From positions 1 to 10,316 of the forward strand of contig JAAFKJ010000179.1 in the NCBI GenBank assembly GCA_021399395.1: a stretch of DNA of 10,316 bases, given 5' to 3'. Below the pieces are notes generated by a model, which saw nothing but the letters and a program-made list of their open reading frames with translations, searched no databases and had not been told where the DNA came from. The stretch comes from Candidatus Heimdallarchaeota archaeon. Lineage in GTDB: Archaea > Asgardarchaeota > Heimdallarchaeia > Heimdallarchaeales > Heimdallarchaeaceae. Made by a program: the position numbers and the translations under genes. Shown here one piece after another: positions 1 through 7,366 of this stretch (within the stretch, counting starts at the first letter, position 1; every line of letters starts with the position of its first letter).

Positions 1-1263
1 AAGGGTTTAGCTTATGTAGGTGTAGCCCAAGCATTAGAAGATTTAGGAATTCTAACTCATCTTAAGAAGGAATTCAAAGGCAAAGAACTCTCCTACTTAG
101 ATCCCAGTAAAATTCATGGATTAGCAGGAACATCTGTTGGAGCTGTTACCGCACTTATACTTGCTTGTGGATATAGTTCTCAAGAAGCTGAAGAAATTAT
201 CGTGAACGATTTGGGTTCCAAGGTATTGGATACGGTCGAATTTGATAAGATTCCAACAATATATACTAAGAAAAATCCTCACTATATAATCAATAACCCA
301 TATTTGGAAAAAGATCAGCTTCTTCTTGATGAATACATGAAAGAATACATGGTATCTGAACAGAAGACCTTTGGTGATTTTCTTAAAATACCCGGCAAAG
401 CATTTACTGAGATTAATTTCAAGTTTTTAGCTAATTTATTAAAATTGTATGTTTATTTCGAAGCACGACGTAAAGGCGGAAAAGGCAGAAAAGACGAAAA
501 AGAAACCACAAAACATGAGTTCATCACCTCAGTTCCAGAGATGATCCAGAAGAAAACCGTAAAACTAGCTTTTGATATGATTATAGATAATCCATCAGGA
601 AGTATGAGTAGTTTCAAGTATGAGTTTGGCTTTTTCTTAGCACAAGCATATCGTGAGATGGTAGATAGCTTAATAGAAAAAAAATCAGGTATAAAGAATT
701 GTACCTTTGAGCAGTTTTATGATTTCTTTGGAATAGATCTAGTTTTAACGGGTTTCGATGTTTCAACCAATCAAACATATTATTTCAGAAATAACGAACA
801 GTGGAAAAAACTCTGTGTTGCAGATGCTGTCAGAATGTCAATGAGTATTCCAATAATCTTCAAACCAGTAGTGATGGGGATGAAAAATGGAAAGTTTGTA
901 TCAGCATGTGTAGAAGATTCACCTAAAAGTTATATTGTTGATGGTGGATTAGGCAATTCCTTTCCATTTCATGTATTTGATGAACCAGATGTTGATAAAC
1001 TGAATCCAAATGTTTTGGGTTTTAATCTTGCATATACTCGTCCTTTCACTGAAGGCGATACAACATTCTTTGGATATTTAGAAAACATGTTTCTTGCTTT
1101 ACTCAAATTAACAACTGAAGCACAATTTAAACATGTAGAAGAAAAAGATCAAGCTATCTTGATTAATTCTAAGGACTTAAGTGTGCTTGATTTTATATTT
1201 GATGAATTACCTAAAAACGTAGTAGAAGAAGCTAAGAAAAACACCTTGGATTACTTTAAGTAA
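1..1263 (+). CDS. Patatin-like phospholipase (5'-truncated; the true start lies upstream of the window)
   Basis: Frame 1 is open from base 1 (KGLAYVGVAQALEDLGIL...HGLAGTSVGAVTALILACG), so the tracked GTG at 202 is internal. KGLAYVG is the tail of the GGGxxG oxyanion block. The nucleophile motif GTSVG is at 127-141, AVRMSMSIPIIF matches the conserved-Pro block, and the catalytic DGG is at 940-948. Confidence 0.93.
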   Translation, partial: KGLAYVGVAQALEDLGILTHLKKEFKGKELSYLDPSKIHGLAGTSVGAVTALILACGYSSQEAEEIIVNDLGSKVLDTVEFDKIPTIYTKKNPHYIINNPYLEKDQLLLDEYMKEYMVSEQKTFGDFLKIPGKAFTEINFKFLANLLKLYVYFEARRKGGKGRKDEKETTKHEFITSVPEMIQKKTVKLAFDMIIDNPSGSMSSFKYEFGFFLAQAYREMVDSLIEKKSGIKNCTFEQFYDFFGIDLVLTGFDVSTNQTYYFRNNEQWKKLCVADAVRMSMSIPIIFKPVVMGMKNGKFVSACVEDSPKSYIVDGGLGNSFPFHVFDEPDVDKLNPNVLGFNLAYTRPFTEGDTTFFGYLENMFLALLKLTTEAQFKHVEEKDQAILINSKDLSVLDFIFDELPKNVVEEAKKNTLDYFK

Positions 1264-1304
1264 AGATTCTGGAGGATTGAAGCTTAACAAATTAAAAAAT
1301 TAGA

Positions 1305-1312
1305 TTTTTAAA
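1305..1312 (+). promoter_or_regulatory. Putative archaeal TATA box (TTTTTAAA) for the 1336 gene, probably giving a leaderless mRNA
   Basis: TTTTTAAA is preceded by an A-rich tract and ends 23 nt before the ATG at 1336. There is no Shine-Dalgarno motif directly upstream of that ATG. Confidence 0.45.
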
Positions 1313-1335
1313 GAAGCTACAATTCTTTCATTATT

Positions 1336-3339
1336 ATGTCGTTCATAAAGAAATATCTCGTTGGAGATTTTTCGTTGATTACTTTGTTTTCAGTTATTTT
1401 CTTATTCTTTATACAGACACTCTCAGATTTAATGGAAAGGATCTATGCATTTGCCCTATTAAATGCGGAACCTGATGAGAATATCTTAGGTTTACTATTC
1501 GTTTTATCTCCACTAATATTACTAGCTTTCTGGAAGAAAATACCTGATTTAGCTTTACTGATTACAGGTGAGATAATAATCATATCCCGTCTGATTGAAC
1601 CCTTTGTCACTGGAATGTGGATATACATCTTTGCAGGGCTTTCAGTAGGAAGTTTCCTGATATTCTTCCCTGGTTTTATCATCCGAATCAAGAACAAAGA
1701 AGAGAAAACTGGATTTGACTTTGGTATTGGTCTGGCTATAGCTGTTGGATTATCCATTCTCTTTCGAACAGCTGGGGCTACTATTGACATTTCTCAAAAT
1801 GGTTGGTTTCAGATTATAGGTTGGGTAATTGGTATAATAGCAGGAGCGATACTTGTAGGATTATTTCTGAAATTTAAGAATAAAAAAATAGAGGAAACCA
1901 AACCAGCTGAGGAAACTACCAAAGCAAGTTTTTGGAAAATACTTGGACTGTCAATGGGGATCTTTGGCATATTTGTTACAATTTGGTTTACTTTCATGAG
2001 CCCAACTGTTATATCTAGATGGACAGAAGGGAGTTATTTGGGAATTGTAATAGGTATACTGTTAATGCTCGGAGCATTTGTGGGTTTGAAACTCTGGAAA
2101 CCAGATTTGGTTAACAAACTCAAACCTTGGATATTGTGGGTATGGAATGGATTGTTTGCCATTTCAATGACTCTGACAGTATTGGTTCATCAAATATTCT
2201 TCCCAACTGATTCCGCAAGCTATCCACTACTTGCACCAGCAACTGCATGGTATCACCACATTCCTTTAGTTGTAATGATAATCTTATCACCTATACTCTA
2301 TCTTGACTTTACATTACTAACAAAAGAAATGATTAAACTAAAACCAAGCCCAGCAAAACTGGGTGGAAGTTTCACAATTGGCGGATTATTTATTGTAATA
2401 ATGCTTTTCGTTCAGACACTTCCAAATATCTGGGGATACTTAGAACCAATCAGCACAGGCTTTAGAGATATGTACTGGTTAGCTTTCTTTATTCCGGGTT
2501 TATTCATAACATTGAGTGTTTTATTAGTGAAAAAAACAACTCTGTCTTTTGAGAAAATAACCAAAAAACTCAACACTAAAATTGTTGTATCTGCATTTTT
2601 TGGATTAGTATTTGTGGGAACAATCATCGGAGGAGTCTTAACTGAACCCAATCCCAATTACTCAGCAACTGGTAAAACATCACTAGTAATTATGACCTAT
2701 AATCTTCAACAAGGAGTCAATGTAACAGGAGACAGGAATTATGATGGTCAGCTCGAACTCATTAGAGCAGTTGATCCTGATATTTTAGGGCTACAAGAAT
2801 GTGACCCAACAAGAATTTCTGGTGGCAATCTAGATGTAGTTAGATACTTTGCTTCTAAATTGAATATGTATTCATACTATGGACCTAAAACGGTGACTAA
2901 TACGTATGGCTGTGCTATACTCTCTAAATTCCCAATATCAAATCCATTCACATTCTTTGCGTCAAGTGATATAGAACAGGTAGGGTCAGCCCAAGCTCAG
3001 ATAACTATAGGAACTACAGTGTTTAATGTAGCAGTTCATCATCCAGACGGAGACACAGATCAAATAAGAATAGATCAGAATCTCGAGATGCTTGAATATG
3101 TAAATGGACTATCCAATGTGATTTTTATGGGAGATTTCAACTACAATAGCAGCACTGTTATGTATATTGACACTCTTGGTACAAGTTTGATAGATTCATA
3201 TTTTGGAGCACATGGTGTGGCAACCACAAGTAATATAGATCACATTTTCCTAAGTTCAGGTACAGTAGTTACAAGCGCACAATATATAGAAGAAGGTCAA
3301 TCAGATCATCCAGCTTATTGGATTGAAATTGATCTCTAA
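1336..3339 (+). CDS. Polytopic (~13 TM) membrane protein with C-terminal endonuclease/exonuclease/phosphatase (EEP) domain; Cwh43/PGAP2IP-like
   Basis: About 13 hydrophobic segments lie in aa 1-435. EEP motifs follow: MTYN (2692-2703), LQE (2791-2799), GCAILSKFPI, GDFN (3130-3141), IDHIF and SDH (3301-3309). The EEP call is strong. The Cwh43 resemblance rests on recalled sequence similarity. Confidence 0.88.
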   Translation: MSFIKKYLVGDFSLITLFSVIFLFFIQTLSDLMERIYAFALLNAEPDENILGLLFVLSPLILLAFWKKIPDLALLITGEIIIISRLIEPFVTGMWIYIFAGLSVGSFLIFFPGFIIRIKNKEEKTGFDFGIGLAIAVGLSILFRTAGATIDISQNGWFQIIGWVIGIIAGAILVGLFLKFKNKKIEETKPAEETTKASFWKILGLSMGIFGIFVTIWFTFMSPTVISRWTEGSYLGIVIGILLMLGAFVGLKLWKPDLVNKLKPWILWVWNGLFAISMTLTVLVHQIFFPTDSASYPLLAPATAWYHHIPLVVMIILSPILYLDFTLLTKEMIKLKPSPAKLGGSFTIGGLFIVIMLFVQTLPNIWGYLEPISTGFRDMYWLAFFIPGLFITLSVLLVKKTTLSFEKITKKLNTKIVVSAFFGLVFVGTIIGGVLTEPNPNYSATGKTSLVIMTYNLQQGVNVTGDRNYDGQLELIRAVDPDILGLQECDPTRISGGNLDVVRYFASKLNMYSYYGPKTVTNTYGCAILSKFPISNPFTFFASSDIEQVGSAQAQITIGTTVFNVAVHHPDGDTDQIRIDQNLEMLEYVNGLSNVIFMGDFNYNSSTVMYIDTLGTSLIDSYFGAHGVATTSNIDHIFLSSGTVVTSAQYIEEGQSDHPAYWIEIDL

Positions 3340-3360
3340 CTTCTTTTTTTAACTTTTTTT
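3340..3360 (+). terminator. Oligo-T archaeal-type terminator
   Basis: CTTCTTTTTTTAACTTTTTTT immediately follows the TAA at 3337-3339, with no GC-rich hairpin. Confidence 0.65.
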
Positions 3361-3387
3361 ATCCTTCTTCTGATGAATATGGTTTAG

Positions 3388-3408
3388 CGTTTGCGTAAAT
3401 TGCAAAGG
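3388..3408. promoter_or_regulatory. Palindromic operator copy 1 (TTTGC-N7-GCAAA), overlapping the BRE position
   Basis: CGTTTGCGTAAATTGCAAAGG is 19/21 identical to 3440-3460. Confidence 0.7.
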
Positions 3409-3416
3409 TTTATATA
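3409..3416 (+). promoter_or_regulatory. Archaeal TATA box of the ABC transporter operon
   Basis: TTTATATA is a consensus TATA, directly preceded by the purine-rich BRE-like GCAAAGG. Confidence 0.7.
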
Positions 3417-3439
3417 TCCTCGAAGAGAATGTTGATTAA

Positions 3440-3460
3440 CGTTTGCATAATTTGCAAAGG
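3440..3460. promoter_or_regulatory. Palindromic operator copy 2 (TTTGCA-N5-TGCAAA), at or just after the expected transcription start
   Basis: CGTTTGCATAATTTGCAAAGG lies 52 bp downstream of copy 1. Confidence 0.7.
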
Positions 3461-3466
3461 CATGTG

Positions 3467-4525
3467 ATGTTTATGCCACAAAACAACAAGGAAATCATTA
3501 TAAATTTAAAAAATTTAACGAAAAGATTTGGTTCATTCACTGCAGTTTCTAACCTTAACCTAGATATTAGGAAGGGTGAAATTATAGGTCTACTTGGACC
3601 AAATGGAGCAGGTAAAACAACGACTATGAAAATGATAGCTCGATTGTTGAATCCTGATGAAGGGGAAGTTTGGATCAAAGATAATGGTAGTCTAGAGCTT
3701 TTAACTGGAAGAAATATGGTTACATTATTAGATCATATAGGGTTCTTGATTGAAAATCCAGCTTTCTATGAACATATGTCTCCAAGAAAGATATTAACTT
3801 ACTTTGGAATACTAAAGGGATATCCTAAGAAACAATTACCTGAGAGAATTGAAGAAGTGTTAAAACTAGTTGGTTTGTCTGATTGGATTGATAAAAAAGT
3901 AGGAACATTTTCAAAAGGAATGAAACAGAAATTAGGGATAGTTACTGCTCTTATTCATAATCCCGATATTCTGATACTAGATGAGCCCCAAACAGGTCTT
4001 GACCCAAAAGCTCGAAAAGAAATTAGACAATTGTTAGTTAAACTAAGGAAACAAGGTAAGACAATTTTCTTGAGTAGTCATCTTCTCTATGAGGTTAGCG
4101 AGATCTCAGATCGAATTGCAATTATTAATAATGGAAAACTAATCGCATTTGATTCCATGAAGAATTTGGAGGCAGCATCAGGAGAAGCTAAATTAAAGAT
4201 CAAATTATTGGAACTACCTGTAGATATCGAAAAGAAAAGAGTTGAACTAGAAGAAATTATTCTACCTCATACTGGTTTGAAGCTCAAATCGAGAGTAGTA
4301 TCATTTGATCCTGAGTTGGAAGTTTTTGAAGCCAGATTCGATGGTGAACTAACTAACCAGAGAAAAATACTTGAAGAGTTGACCAAGAAGGAAATTGATA
4401 TTGTTGATTTTTCAGTTCCAAGAACAAATGCTTTGGAAGATTTGTATATTCAGCTAATTGCAGGTGTAACAATAGATGAGTTCACGGAATCACAAGCTAT
4501 TAGTGTTGAAAATGGAGGAATTTAA
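3467..4525 (+). CDS. ABC transporter ATP-binding protein (ABC-2/DrrA/CcmA-like exporter)
   Basis: Walker A GPNGAGKTT, signature FSKGMKQK, Walker B ILILDEP, H-loop SSH, plus a C-terminal extension. The start is more likely ATG 3467 or 3473 than TTG 3443, which falls inside the operator. Confidence 0.95.
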   Translation: MFMPQNNKEIIINLKNLTKRFGSFTAVSNLNLDIRKGEIIGLLGPNGAGKTTTMKMIARLLNPDEGEVWIKDNGSLELLTGRNMVTLLDHIGFLIENPAFYEHMSPRKILTYFGILKGYPKKQLPERIEEVLKLVGLSDWIDKKVGTFSKGMKQKLGIVTALIHNPDILILDEPQTGLDPKARKEIRQLLVKLRKQGKTIFLSSHLLYEVSEISDRIAIINNGKLIAFDSMKNLEAASGEAKLKIKLLELPVDIEKKRVELEEIILPHTGLKLKSRVVSFDPELEVFEARFDGELTNQRKILEELTKKEIDIVDFSVPRTNALEDLYIQLIAGVTIDEFTESQAISVENGGI

Positions 4526-5431
4526 ATGAATGTCGTAAAAGAAGAAAAACTAGAATCACGCATGGATAAAATACCTGTTGGATTCAAAAAGAGTGTTACT
4601 CAGGTTGGAGCAACAGTAACCTTCGAATTTAAACGAAACCTGAAGAACATGTTCATTTCATTTGGAATAGCAGTGGGAATCTATATTCTCTCCTTAGTCA
4701 TAAATTTGATTCAAGAAGGAAGAGGAGCTGAAAGTCCAGCATCTTCAGGAGAGTACTTAACATCATATTTAGGCATGATGGGATTCTTTATACTAATCAT
4801 AGCAATAATGTTCGCAGGAAACATAATCGCTTTAGATTATGACAAACATACTGGAAATTTAATATTTCCAAAAATCACTAAAGGAAGACTCTTCCTAGGG
4901 AGAGTAATTGCACGATATCTGTTATCGGTTTTAGCAGTTCTAGTATACTATGTATTAGTTGGAGCTACAGCGCTAATCAAATATGGTGATCTACCAATAG
5001 AAATTTTGGCGTCGTTAGGGTGGGCAATACTATATACATTTGCAGTTTTTGCTCTAGTTGCGTTTTTCAGTAGTTTTCTTAAGAAAACTTCCACAACAAT
5101 TGTAGTAAGTTTAGTAATGATGTTGATGGTATTCAACTTAGGTACTACAATTCTAATGATGACTGGGGTTACATGGGAACCTTTGTTCATACTAACATAC
5201 TATGCTAATATTATTTCATATAGCATTGGTTATTCAGTTGCAGGAGTGTTTGTAAGCGGATTACCCACTGAGAGATTTCTTGAAGGATCAATTGGACCCG
5301 GAGTGGGAGGAGATGGACCCACCTTTATGCGATGGATAACACCTGATATAACAGGAGCACTCATTGGAATGATAATCTATTCAGTGGTATTGATCGTAGC
5401 AGCTTATTTCTTCTTCCGCAGAAGACAATAA
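4526..5431 (+). CDS. ABC-2 type transporter permease
   Basis: About 6 TM segments. IIALDYDKHTGNLIFPKITKGRLFLGR resembles the ABC-2 coupling loop, and the protein ends in FFFRRRQ. The ATG abuts the ATPase stop (TAA-ATG), with GGAGGA at 4514-4519. Confidence 0.92.
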   Translation: MNVVKEEKLESRMDKIPVGFKKSVTQVGATVTFEFKRNLKNMFISFGIAVGIYILSLVINLIQEGRGAESPASSGEYLTSYLGMMGFFILIIAIMFAGNIIALDYDKHTGNLIFPKITKGRLFLGRVIARYLLSVLAVLVYYVLVGATALIKYGDLPIEILASLGWAILYTFAVFALVAFFSSFLKKTSTTIVVSLVMMLMVFNLGTTILMMTGVTWEPLFILTYYANIISYSIGYSVAGVFVSGLPTERFLEGSIGPGVGGDGPTFMRWITPDITGALIGMIIYSVVLIVAAYFFFRRRQ

Positions 5432-5435
5432 AAAT

Positions 5436-5519
5436 AGAGTGAAGGATCAATATGAGAACACCATTTTTTTTGAACTCACCGGTTCAAGTAGAAGAATCTG
5501 TGTTCTCTTCCTTCATTTT
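5436..5519 (+). other. Long imperfect intergenic stem-loop (structured 3' UTR, terminator or small RNA candidate)
   Basis: Nested pairings: 5436-5446 with 5509-5519 (2 G-U), GAGAACAC 5454-5461 with GTGTTCTC 5500-5507, 5463-5469 with 5491-5497 (2 G-U), and TTGAAC 5470-5475 with GTTCAA 5482-5487 around a 6-nt loop. Confidence 0.6.
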
Positions 5520-5542
5520 AATAACTTTTCAAATTAGAAAAG

Positions 5543-5550
5543 AATATATA
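5543..5550 (+). promoter_or_regulatory. Putative TATA box for the 5573 gene (leaderless)
   Basis: AATATATA is preceded by the purine-rich AGAAAAG and ends 22 nt before the ATG at 5573. Confidence 0.45.
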
Positions 5551-5572
5551 GAATCTACAGAGTTGATAAAGC

Positions 5573-6475
5573 ATGAATGAGGTAAAATCTCCAAAAGCGT
5601 CTGAAACACGAACGGATTTCAGAGTTAGCTGGCAGTTGTTTAAATCTAATTATAAAGCTTTTATTGCTACTGAGATTTTTGCAATTCTAGCTTTTATCAT
5701 AATCAATGCAATTATTATTGGAATTATAGTTTTGGTTTTTTATTTGTCACCAAATCTGAGTATAGCTGATCTCCATCCTAAAACAGCATCAGATGAAAGT
5801 ATAACTTTCAGAGTATATGGGTTTATCGCAGTCCTTGCTTATTTAACCATGACAGGATTCTTGTATTGTCAATATGGTTTAGCTTATGACATCCTCTCAT
5901 CAGGAGATATGTTTACTGAATTTAAGAAAGTATTCAGTTATTTCAAGAATCACTGGTGGAAGTATATGTTATTGATAATTGTTACTGGTTTTGGATATTT
6001 CTTACCTGTAGGCAGAATAGGAGAGGATCCTCCAAGGCCATTGAGCGATCAAGCAGAAATTGTATCAATTATATTAATGGTTGCAAGAGTCATAGGTTTG
6101 TTTGTTCTGTTAGTTCTGTTCAGCAGTACACTTCCTAGTGTAACTTCTCAGGGAAATCTAAAAAATAGTTTCATAGAATCTATTCGGATAGTAAAGAAAG
6201 ATTCTAAAAGGTTAGTAAAAACTTGGGGATTATACTTTCTAATCTTCACCTTACCAATTTTTGCTTTATCATTTACTCTAGTTCTTATTATGCCATTAAT
6301 CAAAGGTTCCATCTGGGTAATAATCATAATGGTAATTATAGCAATTCTCTATTTCATCAATCTGTTTATTGGCTTTCCAATGATGTCTTTAATTGCAACT
6401 AGAATTTACAACACAGTAGATTTTGAGAGATTTAAACCCCTTGTAGAGGATAATAAAAAAAGACAATATATCTAA
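5573..6475 (+). CDS. Uncharacterised polytopic membrane protein (~6 TM) with internal two-fold repeat character
   Basis: 300-aa ORF with ~6 hydrophobic segments. The amphipathic motifs FRVSWQLFKSNY, FKKVFSYFKNHW and FIESIRIVKKDS recur, each preceding a TM helix. Confidence 0.8.
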   Translation: MNEVKSPKASETRTDFRVSWQLFKSNYKAFIATEIFAILAFIIINAIIIGIIVLVFYLSPNLSIADLHPKTASDESITFRVYGFIAVLAYLTMTGFLYCQYGLAYDILSSGDMFTEFKKVFSYFKNHWWKYMLLIIVTGFGYFLPVGRIGEDPPRPLSDQAEIVSIILMVARVIGLFVLLVLFSSTLPSVTSQGNLKNSFIESIRIVKKDSKRLVKTWGLYFLIFTLPIFALSFTLVLIMPLIKGSIWVIIIMVIIAILYFINLFIGFPMMSLIATRIYNTVDFERFKPLVEDNKKRQYI

Positions 6476-6489
6476 ATGAGAGTGAAAAA

Positions 6490-6813
6490 ATGGGTTCAGA
6501 AAAGGATATGAAACTTGATAAAAATTCATTGATTAAAGATGAGATCATAGTTTCCAATCCTTCAGCTGTTCCAGTCATTTTTCATGAGAAAAAAAGCCAA
6601 ATCTTGAAATGTCTGATAAACAAAGAAATGACTATCATAGATTTAAAACATAAAACTGGTTTGAATCCTGGAACAATAAAGAGACATATTGATGATTTAC
6701 TTGAAGTCAAATTAATTTATATCTCCAGAGAACAACTCAGTGAGTATGGTATGGTGATGAAATACTATAGAGCTGTGTCAAAGAGTTACAAATTTCTGAT
6801 AGAATGGCCTTAG
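6490..6813 (+). CDS. Winged helix-turn-helix transcriptional regulator (ArsR/HTH_20-like)
   Basis: HEKKSQILKCLINKEMTIIDLKHKTGLNPGTIKRHIDDLLEVKLI forms the HTH, followed by a wing ending in KYYRA. It starts 14 nt after the upstream stop, so it is probably co-transcribed. Confidence 0.9.
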   Translation: MGSEKDMKLDKNSLIKDEIIVSNPSAVPVIFHEKKSQILKCLINKEMTIIDLKHKTGLNPGTIKRHIDDLLEVKLIYISREQLSEYGMVMKYYRAVSKSYKFLIEWP

Positions 6814-6928
6814 AAAAAAACTGTACTAACATTCACGCCAAAGTATTCCTTGTATTTACTAGACATACTCACAGCATAACGGGGTATAAAACACTTAAGA
6901 GGCTTTCTTCACGACATTAATCCAATTA

Positions 6929-7009
6929 CATGAGAATAAGCATACTTATTAACTACCTTTCAGAGAAATCATGAGAATAAAAGATTACTTACAATTTAAT
7001 TCTGAGAAT
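6929..7009 (+). repeat. Short direct repeats upstream of the cold-shock gene
   Basis: CATGAGAATAA occurs at 6929-6939 and 6970-6980, and the core TGAGAAT recurs at 7003-7009. Confidence 0.5.
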
Positions 7010-7089
7010 CATTAATTTTTAAGTTCAATCGATTATTATCTTCAAGTAAGATATACTTGCAATCTATTACAAAAAAAGGAAATTTAACA

Positions 7090-7290
7090 ATGAAGGGAAC
7101 TATAAAAAAATTAATGCAACAGAAAGGTTTTGGATTTATTCAAAGAAAGGATGAAGAAGACATATATTTTCACTGGACAAAGACTGACAACGACTTTTTC
7201 TATCTAAAGGTTGGAGATAGTGTGGAATTTGATGTGGTTGATTCTAAAACTGGTCCTCAGGCTGTGAATGTAACAGTAACTGACATCTAA
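7090..7290 (+). CDS. Cold-shock domain protein (CspA family), 66 aa
   Basis: MKGTIK start, RNP1 KGFGFI, RNP2 IYFH, LKVGDSVEF and GPQAVNV. ATG 7090, preceded by AAAGGA, gives the canonical length, unlike the tracked TTG at 7057. Confidence 0.95.
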   Translation: MKGTIKKLMQQKGFGFIQRKDEEDIYFHWTKTDNDFFYLKVGDSVEFDVVDSKTGPQAVNVTVTDI

Positions 7291-7366
7291 ATTCATTTAT
7301 TAATAAAATAGACATACCTGTTTTATTCTAAGTAATCAGACATTAAAGATTGATTTTTGTTTCTCA

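Noticed and set aside
1-1263. Patatin as a CBASS/CapV-type anti-phage effector
   Set aside because: No CD-NTase or other defence gene appears in the window and the neighbours are membrane or housekeeping genes. The upstream context is not visible, so this is unsupported rather than excluded.
1443-2657. Three minus-strand ORFs (1443-1790, 1809-1997, 2412-2657)
   Set aside because: Antisense shadows of the membrane-protein gene with no recognisable motifs.
3436-3678. Minus-strand 80-aa ORF
   Set aside because: Typical antisense shadow of an ABC ATPase Walker A region (VVLPAPFGP).
4948-5190. Minus-strand 80-aa ORF
   Set aside because: Lies wholly antisense within the permease gene and has no motifs.
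5436-5519. Hairpin as a eukaryote-like SECIS element or C/D box RNA
   Set aside because: ATGA is present at 5452-5455, but there is no opposing GA for the quartet and no apical AA. The adjacent genes have no in-frame TGA, and there is no proper C/D box pair.
5956-6138. Alternative-frame 60-aa ORF
   Set aside because: Nested in the 300-aa membrane protein gene, with a GTG start and no protein-like features.
6929-7009. Repeats as a degenerate CRISPR array
   Set aside because: The repeats are only 7-11 bp, the period is 31-41 bp, and no cas genes are present.
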